In this document: piece after piece, positions 1 to 9,035 of the stretch
Numbering within the stretch: position 1 is the stretch's first letter
Layout: each line of letters begins with the position of its first letter
From: a candidate division FCPU426 bacterium
Lineage (GTDB): Bacteria > Oederibacteriota > Muellerivitia > Muellerivitales > Muellerivitaceae
Length of the DNA: 64,000 bases
Assembly: GCA_963738405.1 (NCBI GenBank)
Contig: CAVTWJ010000014.1
Span: forward strand, 64,001 to 128,000
Direction: 5' to 3'
Translations under genes and position numbers: made by a program
Notes under the pieces: model-generated
The model's input: the letters and a program-made list of their open reading frames with translations, nothing else
Database searches by the model: none
Told to the model about the DNA's origin: nothing

Positions 1-44
1 GCGACGCTTGAGATTCGAGTGGAGACTTCTATAGCGGCCAGCAA
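1..44 (-). CDS. tsaB: tRNA t6A biosynthesis protein TsaB, 5' end only (runs off window)
   Basis: Minus strand reads (M)LAAIEVSTRISSVA, matching the TsaB N-terminus (LAIETS...SVA); overlaps the tsaE stop. Confidence 0.75.
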   Translation of the reverse strand, partial: MLAAIEVSTRISSV

Positions 45-502
45 CGCACCAGCTCCTCTATTCGGGGAATTGTTTCGGGTTGATCGGCTTCCACAATGAT
101 ACGGCGGCTTTGGGAACCCAGGGCCTCAAATAAAACCTTCACCGTATTGGGCGGCAGCAGATGTGGATATTTGTCGCCCCATTCCACCGCCACCACCCCG
201 CCCCGTTCTATCCATTCGCTAAACCCCAGGTCCTCGACTTCGCGCGCCTGCTCCAACCGGTACCAGTCGAAATGATAAAGGGGCATACGGCCCTGGTAGA
301 TGTGCTGAAGAGTGTAGGTGGGGGAAGTGACGGTATTTTGAACGCCCAGGCCTTGGGCAAAACCCTTAACCCACAGGGTCTTCCCCGCGCCTAAGGGCCC
401 GGACAAGCTCCACACCTCGCCGGGCATGGCCTTTTCGCCCAAGAGACGGCCCAATTGTCCGGTTTGTTCGGGGGATTCGCACATAAAACTGGAAGTCAGC
501 AA
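29..502 (-). CDS. tsaE: tRNA t6A biosynthesis ATPase TsaE
   Basis: GPLGAGKT P-loop, VTSPTY, HFDWYRL and VEWG motifs; start (TTG at 502) is uncertain. Confidence 0.95.
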   Translation of the reverse strand: MLTSSFMCESPEQTGQLGRLLGEKAMPGEVWSLSGPLGAGKTLWVKGFAQGLGVQNTVTSPTYTLQHIYQGRMPLYHFDWYRLEQAREVEDLGFSEWIERGGVVAVEWGDKYPHLLPPNTVKVLFEALGSQSRRIIVEADQPETIPRIEELVRCWPL

Positions 503-545
503 GTTGAGGAGTCCTTCGTTTTGGTTTCCAAAAACAACAATTTTT

Positions 546-642
546 ACCACCAAGACACCAAGTCACCAAGAAAAGCAAAAAAGATTTTTAGTTTTACGGA
601 TTTTTATTACGTCTTACTTGGTGTCTTCGTGCCTTGGTGGTG
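546..642. repeat. Palindromic intergenic element with CACCAAG-repeat arms
   Basis: accaccaagacaccaagtcaccaag (546-570) is an imperfect inverted repeat of cttggtgtcttcgtgccttggtggt (617-641) around an AT-rich core. Confidence 0.7.
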
Positions 643-655
643 AATAATTTGACGT

Positions 656-1714
656 TTATTTATCTTTTGCGAAATGGTCGTAACCCTGCTTCTTCAAGGG
701 GGTTCTTTTGCCGTCTTTGGAAATAAGGGTAATGCCCTTGGCCTTGGGAACCATGCGCCCGATGGACTTTACCATGACCCCGGTGGAACCAGGCAGTTGA
801 ACCGCCTTGGAGATCTTGGGGATCGGCACGGTGAACAAAAGTTCATAGTCTTCCCCGCCGGACAAAGCGAAGGTTAGGGGGTCCAATTCCCTCTCGCCGC
901 AGAAATGGATCAAGGAAGGCGAAAGAGGAATGGCTTCTTCATGGATTTCGGCGCCTACTCCCGACTCTTCGCAGAGATGGTAAATTTCGCTGGAGAGCCC
1001 GTCGGAAATATCAATGGCCGCGCTGGCGATGGAATCCGCGACCAGGGCGCGGCCCACGTTGAACCGGGGCACGGGGCATAAATGACGCTTAATGAGGAGC
1101 GATTCTGTTTCTTTTCCCTTGGGGGAGGGTTTTTGTAAGGCATACAACCCCGCGGCGGAATCGCCCAGAGAACCCGTCACAAATAGGGCGTCGCCCGCCT
1201 TGGCGCGGGAACGGCGCAGGGCCCTTCCCTTCTCAACCTCGCCCACCAAAGCCACATTCACCACGAACTTGTCGCTTGAAACCGTATCGCCCCCCACCAC
1301 TTGGGCGCCGTAGGATTCACCCCACTCGTTCAAGCCCTCGTAAAAGGCTTCTATGTCTTTCACCGGGAAATCTTTGGGAACGCCCAGTGAAACCACCGCC
1401 ACCGTGGGTTTCGCCCCCATGGCCGCGCAGTCGCTGATATTGACCGCCATGGTCTTGGCCCCCAACTGCCAGGGGGAAATAGTTTTGAAGTCGAAATGTT
1501 TTCCTTCGACCAACATGTCGGTGGTGATGACCATCTCATGGCCCGCAGTGGACTTGAATAAGGCGGCGTCATCCCCGATGCCCATGAGAATGTTGGGATT
1601 GTTCGATTTCACGGCGGATTTGATCTTTTCGATCAAGCCGAATTCGCCCAGATCGCTCAGGGTTGGTTTTTTACCGTTGCCGGAAGCTGGTTTTTTACGT
1701 GGTGTATCGGCCAT
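656..1714 (-). CDS. thiL: Thiamine-monophosphate kinase
   Basis: GEFGLI, GIGDDAA, NISDCAAMG, GGD, DISDGL and GGEDYELLFT motifs. Confidence 0.96.
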   Translation of the reverse strand: MADTPRKKPASGNGKKPTLSDLGEFGLIEKIKSAVKSNNPNILMGIGDDAALFKSTAGHEMVITTDMLVEGKHFDFKTISPWQLGAKTMAVNISDCAAMGAKPTVAVVSLGVPKDFPVKDIEAFYEGLNEWGESYGAQVVGGDTVSSDKFVVNVALVGEVEKGRALRRSRAKAGDALFVTGSLGDSAAGLYALQKPSPKGKETESLLIKRHLCPVPRFNVGRALVADSIASAAIDISDGLSSEIYHLCEESGVGAEIHEEAIPLSPSLIHFCGERELDPLTFALSGGEDYELLFTVPIPKISKAVQLPGSTGVMVKSIGRMVPKAKGITLISKDGKRTPLKKQGYDHFAKDK

Positions 1715-2894
1715 TGATATCGATGTAACCATCCGTCAGGTCGCAGGTATAGACGGTGGTTTTCCCCTTTCCTAGTCTCAAGTCCACCGTGATGTCGATG
1801 TCCTTTTGCTGCAGAATCTTTTTCAGTTTCTCGCGCGACCAAACAACTTTTTTTCCGCCATCGTAGAGCCGGTAGCCCCCGATGGTCACGGATGTCTTAA
1901 ATTCATCAACCGCCGCTCCTGAATAGCCTACCGCCGCCAGGACCCTTCCCCAGTTGGGGTCGGCGCCAAAGAGCGCGGTTTTAACCAGGGGGGATTTGGC
2001 GACCGTCATAGAGGCTTTGAGAGCGTCCGAATCGTTCTTGGCGCCTTGGACGGTGATAGAAACAAATTTGGTGGCCCCTTCGCCATCCCGCACGATGTCT
2101 TTTGCCAGCTCCAGGCATACGGATTTCAGGGCCTCGACGAAAATTTTGTAATCTTTCGAACCTGCAAGAACAGGTTTGTTGCGGCAGGCGCCGTTGGCCA
2201 AAAGAACCACGGAGTCGTTGGTCGAAACATCGCCATCCACGGTGATGCGGTGGAAACTTTCCTTCACGGCTTCACGCAGGGCCTGATTGAGAACGGGCTT
2301 TGAAATATTCACATCCGTCAGAAGGTAAACCAGCATGGTGGCCATGTTGGGATGGATCATGCCCGAACCCTTGGCGATGCCGGTGAGCCAGGCATGTTTT
2401 CCCCCAACGATAAGGGGCAAGGCTTTGAATTTGGGAAAGGTATCGGTGGTCAGGATGGCGTTGGCGGCGTCCAGGCCCCCGCTTTTCGAAAGTTTCAAAA
2501 CCGCCTGGCGCAGGCCGGAAAGAATCTTAGGGAGTGGCAGGGGGATTCCGATGACCCCGGTGGAATGGACCAGAACGGAAGACGGGGCTATGGCTAGGAA
2601 TTTTGCGGCGGCTCCCGCCGTTTGGAGAACGTCTTTTTCACCCTGCTTCCCCGTGAGGGCATTGGCGTTTTTGGTATTCACCACAATCGCTTGGATAGGT
2701 TTACCACTTTTGAGTGCCTCTTCGGTGTGGCGCGCGGGAGCGGCTTTGACTTTATTGGTGGTCACCAGCCCCACGGTAACGGCGGGCAGGGTGGAACAAA
2801 TAAGCGCCATGTCCAGTTTTCCGCTGGACTTGAGCCCCGCGTGAATGCCGGAGGCGATAAAACCCGAAGGCAGGGGCAAATGTTTTAATGTCAT
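1695..2894 (-). CDS. argJ: Ornithine acetyltransferase / N-acetylglutamate synthase ArgJ
   Basis: STGVIG, TTDT, KGSGMIHPNMATML, DGEGATK and DPNWGR motifs. Confidence 0.97.
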   Translation of the reverse strand: MTLKHLPLPSGFIASGIHAGLKSSGKLDMALICSTLPAVTVGLVTTNKVKAAPARHTEEALKSGKPIQAIVVNTKNANALTGKQGEKDVLQTAGAAAKFLAIAPSSVLVHSTGVIGIPLPLPKILSGLRQAVLKLSKSGGLDAANAILTTDTFPKFKALPLIVGGKHAWLTGIAKGSGMIHPNMATMLVYLLTDVNISKPVLNQALREAVKESFHRITVDGDVSTNDSVVLLANGACRNKPVLAGSKDYKIFVEALKSVCLELAKDIVRDGEGATKFVSITVQGAKNDSDALKASMTVAKSPLVKTALFGADPNWGRVLAAVGYSGAAVDEFKTSVTIGGYRLYDGGKKVVWSREKLKKILQQKDIDITVDLRLGKGKTTVYTCDLTDGYIDINGRYTT

Positions 2895-2937
2895 AACCAG
2901 AATCCTTTGACAGGCCGCAATAAATATAAGCTTCAAA

Positions 2938-3145
2938 GCGGTCTGTCACCCCAAAGATTCCGTACCCAAAGGGTACTGTACCGCCCTCCTTGTTCATTTT
3001 TTTGAGGGGCGGCACGCAGGAATCGTGGGGATTCCAAAGTTGTCGTTCCGCACCGTTATACAAAAAAGCGAACCCTTTCGATACCCCTTCCTAGCCCGCA
3101 ATGGGCGTTCACCCGAACGGGTGCTTTGACAGGAAAGGTCGCTCC
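2938..3145. ncRNA. Candidate structured RNA/leader in the argJ-gph divergent region
   Basis: Two multibranch stem systems, 2949-3030 and 3068-3143; no known family recognised. Confidence 0.35.
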
Positions 3146-3180
3146 CCTTAACATTGGTCCGCTTTTCCAAGGAGGACGGG

Positions 3181-3849
3181 ATGCGTTGCAAAGGGGTTCA
3201 CCGGGAACTCAAAGGCGTTCTTTTCGATTTGGACGGAACCCTGATTGATTCCAAAAAAGACATCGCCTCGGCGGCCAACGCCGCGCGCCTCCACTTTGGC
3301 ATGGAGCCTCTGCCCCTGGAAACCGTCATGGGTTACATCGGCTGGGGCATCGAGCACTTGAACCAAAAAACCCTGGGCACGGAAGACCCGAAAAGGCTGG
3401 CGGAGGGCCTGGAAGTTTTGAAGGCCTACTACCGGGACCATTGCGTGGACCAAACGGTTATTTACCCGGGCGTCATGGAACTTTTGAAAAACCTGAAAGA
3501 CCGGGGAGTGAAAATGGGCCTGGTTTCCAACAAACCCCATGAGTTCACCTTGATCACCCTGGAAAAACTGGGGTTGGCGCCCTACTTCGTGGTGGCCCTG
3601 GGGGCCGATGTGGTGGCCAATAAAAAGCCCCACCCCGAACCTCTGTTATCGGCCCTGAAACAGATGGGGGTTTCGCCCGGTGAATCCGTCATGATCGGCG
3701 ACTCGCCGGTGGATGTGGAAGCCGCGCGGGCGGCGGGAATGCTGGTAGGAATCGTCAGCCACGGCTTCGTGGCAAAAGAATACTTGAACGCCTCGGACCC
3801 CGATTGGTTGGTGGATTCTTTGTTGGATTTTATCGAGATTCTGAATTAA
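3181..3849 (+). CDS. gph: HAD-family phosphatase, phosphoglycolate phosphatase-like
   Basis: FDLDGTL, SNK, KPHPEP and MIGDSPVD motifs; start uncertain. Confidence 0.88.
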   Translation: MRCKGVHRELKGVLFDLDGTLIDSKKDIASAANAARLHFGMEPLPLETVMGYIGWGIEHLNQKTLGTEDPKRLAEGLEVLKAYYRDHCVDQTVIYPGVMELLKNLKDRGVKMGLVSNKPHEFTLITLEKLGLAPYFVVALGADVVANKKPHPEPLLSALKQMGVSPGESVMIGDSPVDVEAARAAGMLVGIVSHGFVAKEYLNASDPDWLVDSLLDFIEILN

Positions 3850-3888
3850 TCAGGCTTCCGTGACACCTTCCGCCCTTATAATTGCCCT

Positions 3889-4602
3889 ATGAAATGCCCC
3901 GAATGCGATTTGGAACAGCCGGAAAATACGGCCGTTTGCCCCAGCTGCGGTTTGAATTTCGCCATGTGGCGGGCCCATACCGGTGAACCTTTAACGCCGA
4001 CACCCATTCCGGAGGAAGAACCCGCCACTAGCGGGGAGGATAGGAGCCAGGCCGCATCCGAGGAGGAATCCCATCCCGAGGCCGAATCCAGCCCCGAAGA
4101 CCCCCCCGCGGAGGAGGTCCTCGACTCTTCTGCTAAACCCAAGGCTTTTAAATGGAGCCCTCTTTATTCCTTAGGCATCGGCCTATTGATCGCTTTGATA
4201 CTGGGAGTTTTCATTTTCTCCCGCCGCTCCCATAACCCCCTACCCAATCCCGCAAATGTGATCCCGGCCCCAACGGCACTATCCACTCCCGGCGATGCCA
4301 CCCCCATGAATTCGCTAATGGCCACCGGCACTCCAGGCCAAGCCGTGGATTCACCGACCCCTGAAAGCACCTCAACCCCCACTGAAATTCCTAAACCGAA
4401 AGAACCCACCGCCACCCCAGTTCCCCCGGTGGAATCTTCCTCATTGCCAAGCACTCCCACCGAAGCCCCATCACCTGTTCCAGCGGTTAATACGGCCGTA
4501 CCTGAGCCGGCAACCCCCACCCAAGCCTCCGGTCATAGCGACTTGCTTGAATCTTCGGGAGGACTCACCCTTTCCCTCCCGACCGCCATTCCAACCCCCT
4601 AG
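3889..4602 (+). CDS. Zinc-ribbon, single-TM protein with Pro/Thr-rich extracytoplasmic tail
   Basis: CPEC...CPSCG, one hydrophobic helix, low-complexity P/T/S C-terminus. Confidence 0.75.
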   Translation: MKCPECDLEQPENTAVCPSCGLNFAMWRAHTGEPLTPTPIPEEEPATSGEDRSQAASEEESHPEAESSPEDPPAEEVLDSSAKPKAFKWSPLYSLGIGLLIALILGVFIFSRRSHNPLPNPANVIPAPTALSTPGDATPMNSLMATGTPGQAVDSPTPESTSTPTEIPKPKEPTATPVPPVESSSLPSTPTEAPSPVPAVNTAVPEPATPTQASGHSDLLESSGGLTLSLPTAIPTP

Positions 4603-4604
4603 CC

Positions 4605-5456
4605 TTAAGATCGAGCTTCTCGAATCGACCCGCAGGATTCCCAAGCCAGCATGACCCTCTTGCGGGGAAGCCCCCAACTGAACCCCCCCAGGTTTCCCGA
4701 TTCCCGAATGACCCGGTGGCAGGGGATCAGAAACCCCACGCTGTTGGCCCCCACCGCCGATCCCACCGCCCGGCCCGCCTTGGGTTTCCCAATTTTCCGC
4801 GCGACTTCGCCGTAAGACCTCGTCTGCCCCTGGGGGATTTGAAGCAGGGCCTCCCAGACCTTCAACTGAAAGGGGCTTCCCTTTAACAGGACCTTGAGGG
4901 GCTTACGGGGAGATTTAAAAATTTCCCGGGCCGTCTTTTGAATTAGCCGTGGGGCTTCCTTGAATGTCGCTTTGGGCCAGCGTTGTTTCAATATTGAGAG
5001 GGCTTCCCGGTTTTCCCAGGAAGGAAACCCCAGGTGGCAGATGCCCCGGCGGGTCAAACCCAATAGGGCCAGGCCGAAGGGGCTCTCGAAAAAGCCATAG
5101 GTGATTTCAACGCCCGCCCCGCCCGATTTGATTTCCCCCGGAGTGAGGGCTTCCACCTTCACCATCAAGTCGTGAAGCCGACCGGGGGAGGAAAGCCCCG
5201 CGTCATAGGCCGCGTCCAAAACACTTTTCGATTGGGAAAGCCGTCCCCCGGCATAACGGGCCGTCAAGAAAGCGAGATAGGCTTTGGGGCTGACCCCTGC
5301 CCATCGTTTGAAAAGTTTTTGAAAATGAAAGGGGCTTAATTGGACCCGGCGGGCCAAATCTTCCAACCGGGGCTGATCCTGGAGGTGCGCGTGAAGATAA
5401 AGAAGGCTCTCTTCGATCCGCCGGTAATCTTTTTCATGCTGGGTGGGGTTTCTCAT
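4605..5456 (-). CDS. ada: AraC-HTH / methylated-DNA-protein-cysteine methyltransferase (Ada-like, lacking the Zn domain)
   Basis: LSPFHFQKLFKRWAGVSP HTH; FQLKVW, RAVG and IPCHRV active site. Confidence 0.92.
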   Translation of the reverse strand: MRNPTQHEKDYRRIEESLLYLHAHLQDQPRLEDLARRVQLSPFHFQKLFKRWAGVSPKAYLAFLTARYAGGRLSQSKSVLDAAYDAGLSSPGRLHDLMVKVEALTPGEIKSGGAGVEITYGFFESPFGLALLGLTRRGICHLGFPSWENREALSILKQRWPKATFKEAPRLIQKTAREIFKSPRKPLKVLLKGSPFQLKVWEALLQIPQGQTRSYGEVARKIGKPKAGRAVGSAVGANSVGFLIPCHRVIRESGNLGGFSWGLPRKRVMLAWESCGSIREARS

Positions 5457-5514
5457 GCCTTTTAGAATAGGCTCCCGAAGATTGCGGAACCACCCGGAAC
5501 TTGCGGTCTTTCGG

Positions 5515-6768
5515 TCAGGGGGTCCAGTTGGGGAAAAGGGTCAAAACAACCGACAACAACCCCAGAAGGATGATGAGCACTCCCAAGCCCCCTACCATCA
5601 GGTTGGCTTTCCAGTTATTGACGTCCTTCCCTAAGAGCGACTTGTCGTTGGTCAAGAGAAGCAGAAAGGTCAACACAATGGGCAAAAGAAGGGCGTTACC
5701 CACCTCCACCATGACGGTCATGGTGACCAGCGGGACATTGGGAATCAACACGATCACCGCGGCAATCACCACCCCGGCGGAATAAAAGCCATAGAACCTC
5801 CGGGCCTGGGGAAAGCCCAGATTGAGGCTGTGGGGCCACCCAAAAGTTTCGCCAAAGGCCCAGGCGGTGGAAATGGCCACCACGAAGGCGCCCAAAAAGG
5901 AGGCGCTGATGAGGCCCACGGCAAAGAAAAGCCCGGCGTATTTTCCCGCCAGGGGGATCAGGGCCTGGGCGGCCTGGGCCGCGTCGTTTATGCTGACATG
6001 ATGAAGGAACAAGGTGGCGGCGGTGGAGATAACGATGAAGGCCATGATGATCTCCGTCAAGACAGCGCCGATGGCGGTATCCACCCGCTCGAAGGGCAGG
6101 TCGGAACGCTTAAGCTTTTTATCCACCACCGCGCTCTGCTGGTAATAGATCATCCAGGGCATGATGACCGCCCCGATCAGGCCGATCACCACCAAGATAA
6201 AATTTCGGTCGATGGATTGGGTCGGGATGGAAAAAACCTGCCGGGCGATTTCGCCCCAGTCCGGATGGGCCATGAAGGCCGCTGGGATGAAAAGGAGATC
6301 CGCCAGGCAGAAAAACAAGGCGATATATTCGGCGATGCGGTAGCGCCCCGTCATGACCACCAGGATCAGAAGAAGCGCTGAGAGGGGGACCGAAACAAAG
6401 GGGGAAATATCAGCCATGCGGGCCGCGCTCATGATGCCCGCGAACTCGGTGACCAACGCCGCGATATTGCAGAGGAAAAGCACCGCCAGTGAAACCCAGG
6501 CCCAGCCCATGCCGTATTTTTTGCGGATCAAAAAGGCGTGGCCCTTGCCCGTGATGGAGCCCAACCGGGCGGTCATTTCCTGAACCACATAAAGGGGGAT
6601 GGCGAGAAAGAGAAGCAGGCCTACGAGATGGTAGCTGTACTGGGCGCCCGCCACGGCTGCGGTGGTGATGCTGCCCGCCTCGGTGTCGGCCTGCATAACG
6701 ATCAGCCCCGGTCCCATGACCAGAAAAAAGGCTCCGACGCGCGTCCAAAGAGAAGATTTTTTCTTCAT
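5515..6768 (-). CDS. Nramp-family divalent metal transporter
   Basis: About 11 TM segments; GPG...DTEAGS, QEMTARLG, GAVIMPWMIYYQQS. Confidence 0.92.
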   Translation of the reverse strand: MKKKSSLWTRVGAFFLVMGPGLIVMQADTEAGSITTAAVAGAQYSYHLVGLLLFLAIPLYVVQEMTARLGSITGKGHAFLIRKKYGMGWAWVSLAVLFLCNIAALVTEFAGIMSAARMADISPFVSVPLSALLLILVVMTGRYRIAEYIALFFCLADLLFIPAAFMAHPDWGEIARQVFSIPTQSIDRNFILVVIGLIGAVIMPWMIYYQQSAVVDKKLKRSDLPFERVDTAIGAVLTEIIMAFIVISTAATLFLHHVSINDAAQAAQALIPLAGKYAGLFFAVGLISASFLGAFVVAISTAWAFGETFGWPHSLNLGFPQARRFYGFYSAGVVIAAVIVLIPNVPLVTMTVMVEVGNALLLPIVLTFLLLLTNDKSLLGKDVNNWKANLMVGGLGVLIILLGLLSVVLTLFPNWTP

Positions 6769-6858
6769 GATAAAAAGAGCCTTTTCAAATTGAGATCGGC
6801 AACCATACGGTTTTCTTCAATAAGACCCAATGGATGGAAGCGAGGTGAGGAGATTACT

Positions 6859-6883
6859 CTAATTGATAACCATTATCAATTAG
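6859..6883. promoter_or_regulatory. Fur-type operator upstream of the Nramp gene
   Basis: Perfect 11-3-11 palindrome ctaattgataa-cca-ttatcaattag with core TGATAAC-C-ATTATCA. Confidence 0.8.
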
Positions 6884-6939
6884 AAAAATAACCCTCGGCA
6901 TATTAAACAGGATGACGGTCGAAGAATTGGAATTGGATT

Positions 6940-7203
6940 TTACTCAAACTCAACAGTGGATAAGATCTCGACAAACTTACCCCGATCCGCCTTGGCCACG
7001 GACTTTCCCTGAGGAATGGCCGTCACTTTCAATTCGATTTCTCGCATGGGGAGTTTGACCCGGATCGTTTCCGCGCCCAGGAGTTCGTAGGAAGGCTTCA
7101 GGGGAGCTTGGTTTAAAAGAACCCAGCCCGCGTCGCAAAGATGCTTGGCGGCCATGCGGGTTTTAGTGATTCCCATCAGTTTCAGGTAAAGATCAACCCG
7201 CAT
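6940..7203 (-). CDS. S4-domain RNA-binding protein (Hsp15/RqcP-like)
   Basis: MRVDLYL...TRMAAKHLCDAGWV...KPS S4 signature. Confidence 0.88.
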   Translation of the reverse strand: MRVDLYLKLMGITKTRMAAKHLCDAGWVLLNQAPLKPSYELLGAETIRVKLPMREIELKVTAIPQGKSVAKADRGKFVEILSTVEFE

Positions 7204-7226
7204 GGCTGTTGAGCTGGGGGAAAAGG

Positions 7227-9035
7227 TCAGTCGCCCTTATCCAGGTAAAAACGCAGGCCGAGGCCCACTTCAATGCCTGAATAGTCGATGGCGGCTTGGC
7301 TTCCGTCGGCGTTGAGGAGGGGCGAGGGAAAGTTAATCGCGCTTCCCGTGGTCACATTGGTCGCAAGGTTCGTAAAACGAAGGAACCGGTAGTCGAATCC
7401 CAGGTCGAATGATGTGGATTTGGAGCTATCGACGAAAAACTCGAAATCGGCGCCCGCTACCGCCCCGAAGCTGGAGCTGGAGGCGTCCATGTTTTCGGTG
7501 ACCCCTCCTCCTGCGACCGTAACGCCGGCCCCCGCGAGGAAATAATAACCGCCCGAGAGGGAAAGGTCGAAATTGGTTCCCTCATCCAGCGGAATAAGGA
7601 GCTTGGCGTGAAGGGCCGGGCCCAGCACCGCGCTGTTCCACATTTGGGTGACGCCCGCCTGCTCCACGTTTTCAACCGTCTTGCGTAAAAACTCGGCCTC
7701 CACACCGATTTGAATCGTCGGGTCCAGCGCCAAATCCGCGGCGAAATTAAACCCGAAGCCGAAGGGGAAACTTTGGTTGGAATTCACGCTCGAACCGTAA
7801 TAATCGCTCAAGTCGGTTGTGTTGTAATTGATCGCGTTGAATTTAGCCGTCAAGGTCCAGCTATCCGCGTCAGGCAAAGTGGGATATTCGGTCATGGGCG
7901 GCAGGTCCGAATCCTCTTCGGTGGAAGCCTCGGAGGCTACGGTGGCGGGAGAGCTTTCCCCGGCCGCGGGTAGGGCGGCGGTTTTAGACGCGGGAGTCGT
8001 CCCCGCAGTGGAAGGGGCGGCGGGAGAAGCCGGTTTGGGTTTAAACACGACCACCTTGCCGTCTTCCATAATGTAGGCCTTGGCTTTCAATTGATCGATC
8101 CACTGCTCAATAGCGTCCGACTGGCCGGTTTTTTGAAGATGTTCCTTGATACTGGAGGCCACGGAAGCGAAATCAGCCGGCCCCTTGGATTCCAGCCTCA
8201 CGACATAAATGCCCTCGGCGCCGTTGACGATTCCCAGGCCCTTGACCCTCATGGCGAAAATTCCATTGGCCAGTTCCGGATCCAAATCGGAACGGTAAAC
8301 GGTTCCGACTTCCCCGCCGTTATCCCGGGTGCCCGAATCCTCGGAGTATTTTTTCGCCTCGGACGCGAAATCCGCGCCCTTCTTCAAGTCGGCCAAAACC
8401 GCCTGGGCTTGTTTTTCGGCCCCGGCCCGTTTGGAGGCGGAGGCTTTCGAGTCCGCGTTGAAAAGAATGATGGAAAATTTGGCCTGTTCGTAATCTTGCG
8501 GGTGCTTTTGGTAGTAATCCGCGACCTGCTGGTCCGTGACCACGGCGGTGGAGGGAAGCTCTTCCTGTTTAAAATGAAGAACGCGTCCAGCCTTGATGCG
8601 CCGAAGCATTCTTTCACGCGTGTCTTCTTTCAGGTCGTCCAGGGTGATGCCTTCCTTGGTCAATCCCGCCTGGAATTCCTCGTCGGTGGCGAAGTTGCGC
8701 TTCATTCCCTCGATTTCCTGGTTCACCTGGGCTTCCACGTCGCTGTCGGAAATTTCCATTTTTTCACGGTCCGCTTCCTCGGCCAGAACCACTTCTTGAA
8801 TGAAATTATCCTCCACCTGCTTTTTGGCATCCAGATAGGCGGGGCTGCCGGCGGACGGGGTTTTATCCCCTTTGACCGCAAAAAAAGCGTCGATGGACTC
8901 TTCCAACTCGCCTTGGGTGAGGGAATCCTGGTCCACCACCAGCGTTATTTGATCCACCGTTTCCGCCATCACAAATCGCGGAAAAAACAATACCGTTCCC
9001 ATCGCCCAAAGACCTGCCCATATCCATTTATTCAT
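7227..9035 (-). CDS. SurA-like chaperone/parvulin protein with a C-terminal beta-barrel-like domain
   Basis: Signal peptide, SurA-N, FASEAKKYSED...GGEVG parvulin, Ala/Pro linker, then amphipathic beta-strands ending GLRFYL. Confidence 0.85.
   Translation of the reverse strand: MNKWIWAGLWAMGTVLFFPRFVMAETVDQITLVVDQDSLTQGELEESIDAFFAVKGDKTPSAGSPAYLDAKKQVEDNFIQEVVLAEEADREKMEISDSDVEAQVNQEIEGMKRNFATDEEFQAGLTKEGITLDDLKEDTRERMLRRIKAGRVLHFKQEELPSTAVVTDQQVADYYQKHPQDYEQAKFSIILFNADSKASASKRAGAEKQAQAVLADLKKGADFASEAKKYSEDSGTRDNGGEVGTVYRSDLDPELANGIFAMRVKGLGIVNGAEGIYVVRLESKGPADFASVASSIKEHLQKTGQSDAIEQWIDQLKAKAYIMEDGKVVVFKPKPASPAAPSTAGTTPASKTAALPAAGESSPATVASEASTEEDSDLPPMTEYPTLPDADSWTLTAKFNAINYNTTDLSDYYGSSVNSNQSFPFGFGFNFAADLALDPTIQIGVEAEFLRKTVENVEQAGVTQMWNSAVLGPALHAKLLIPLDEGTNFDLSLSGGYYFLAGAGVTVAGGGVTENMDASSSSFGAVAGADFEFFVDSSKSTSFDLGFDYRFLRFTNLATNVTTGSAINFPSPLLNADGSQAAIDYSGIEVGLGLRFYLDKGD

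Noticed and set aside
2945..2980. c-di-AMP riboswitch-like words (ggtacgga...tttggggt)
   Set aside because: The remaining conserved elements of that family are absent
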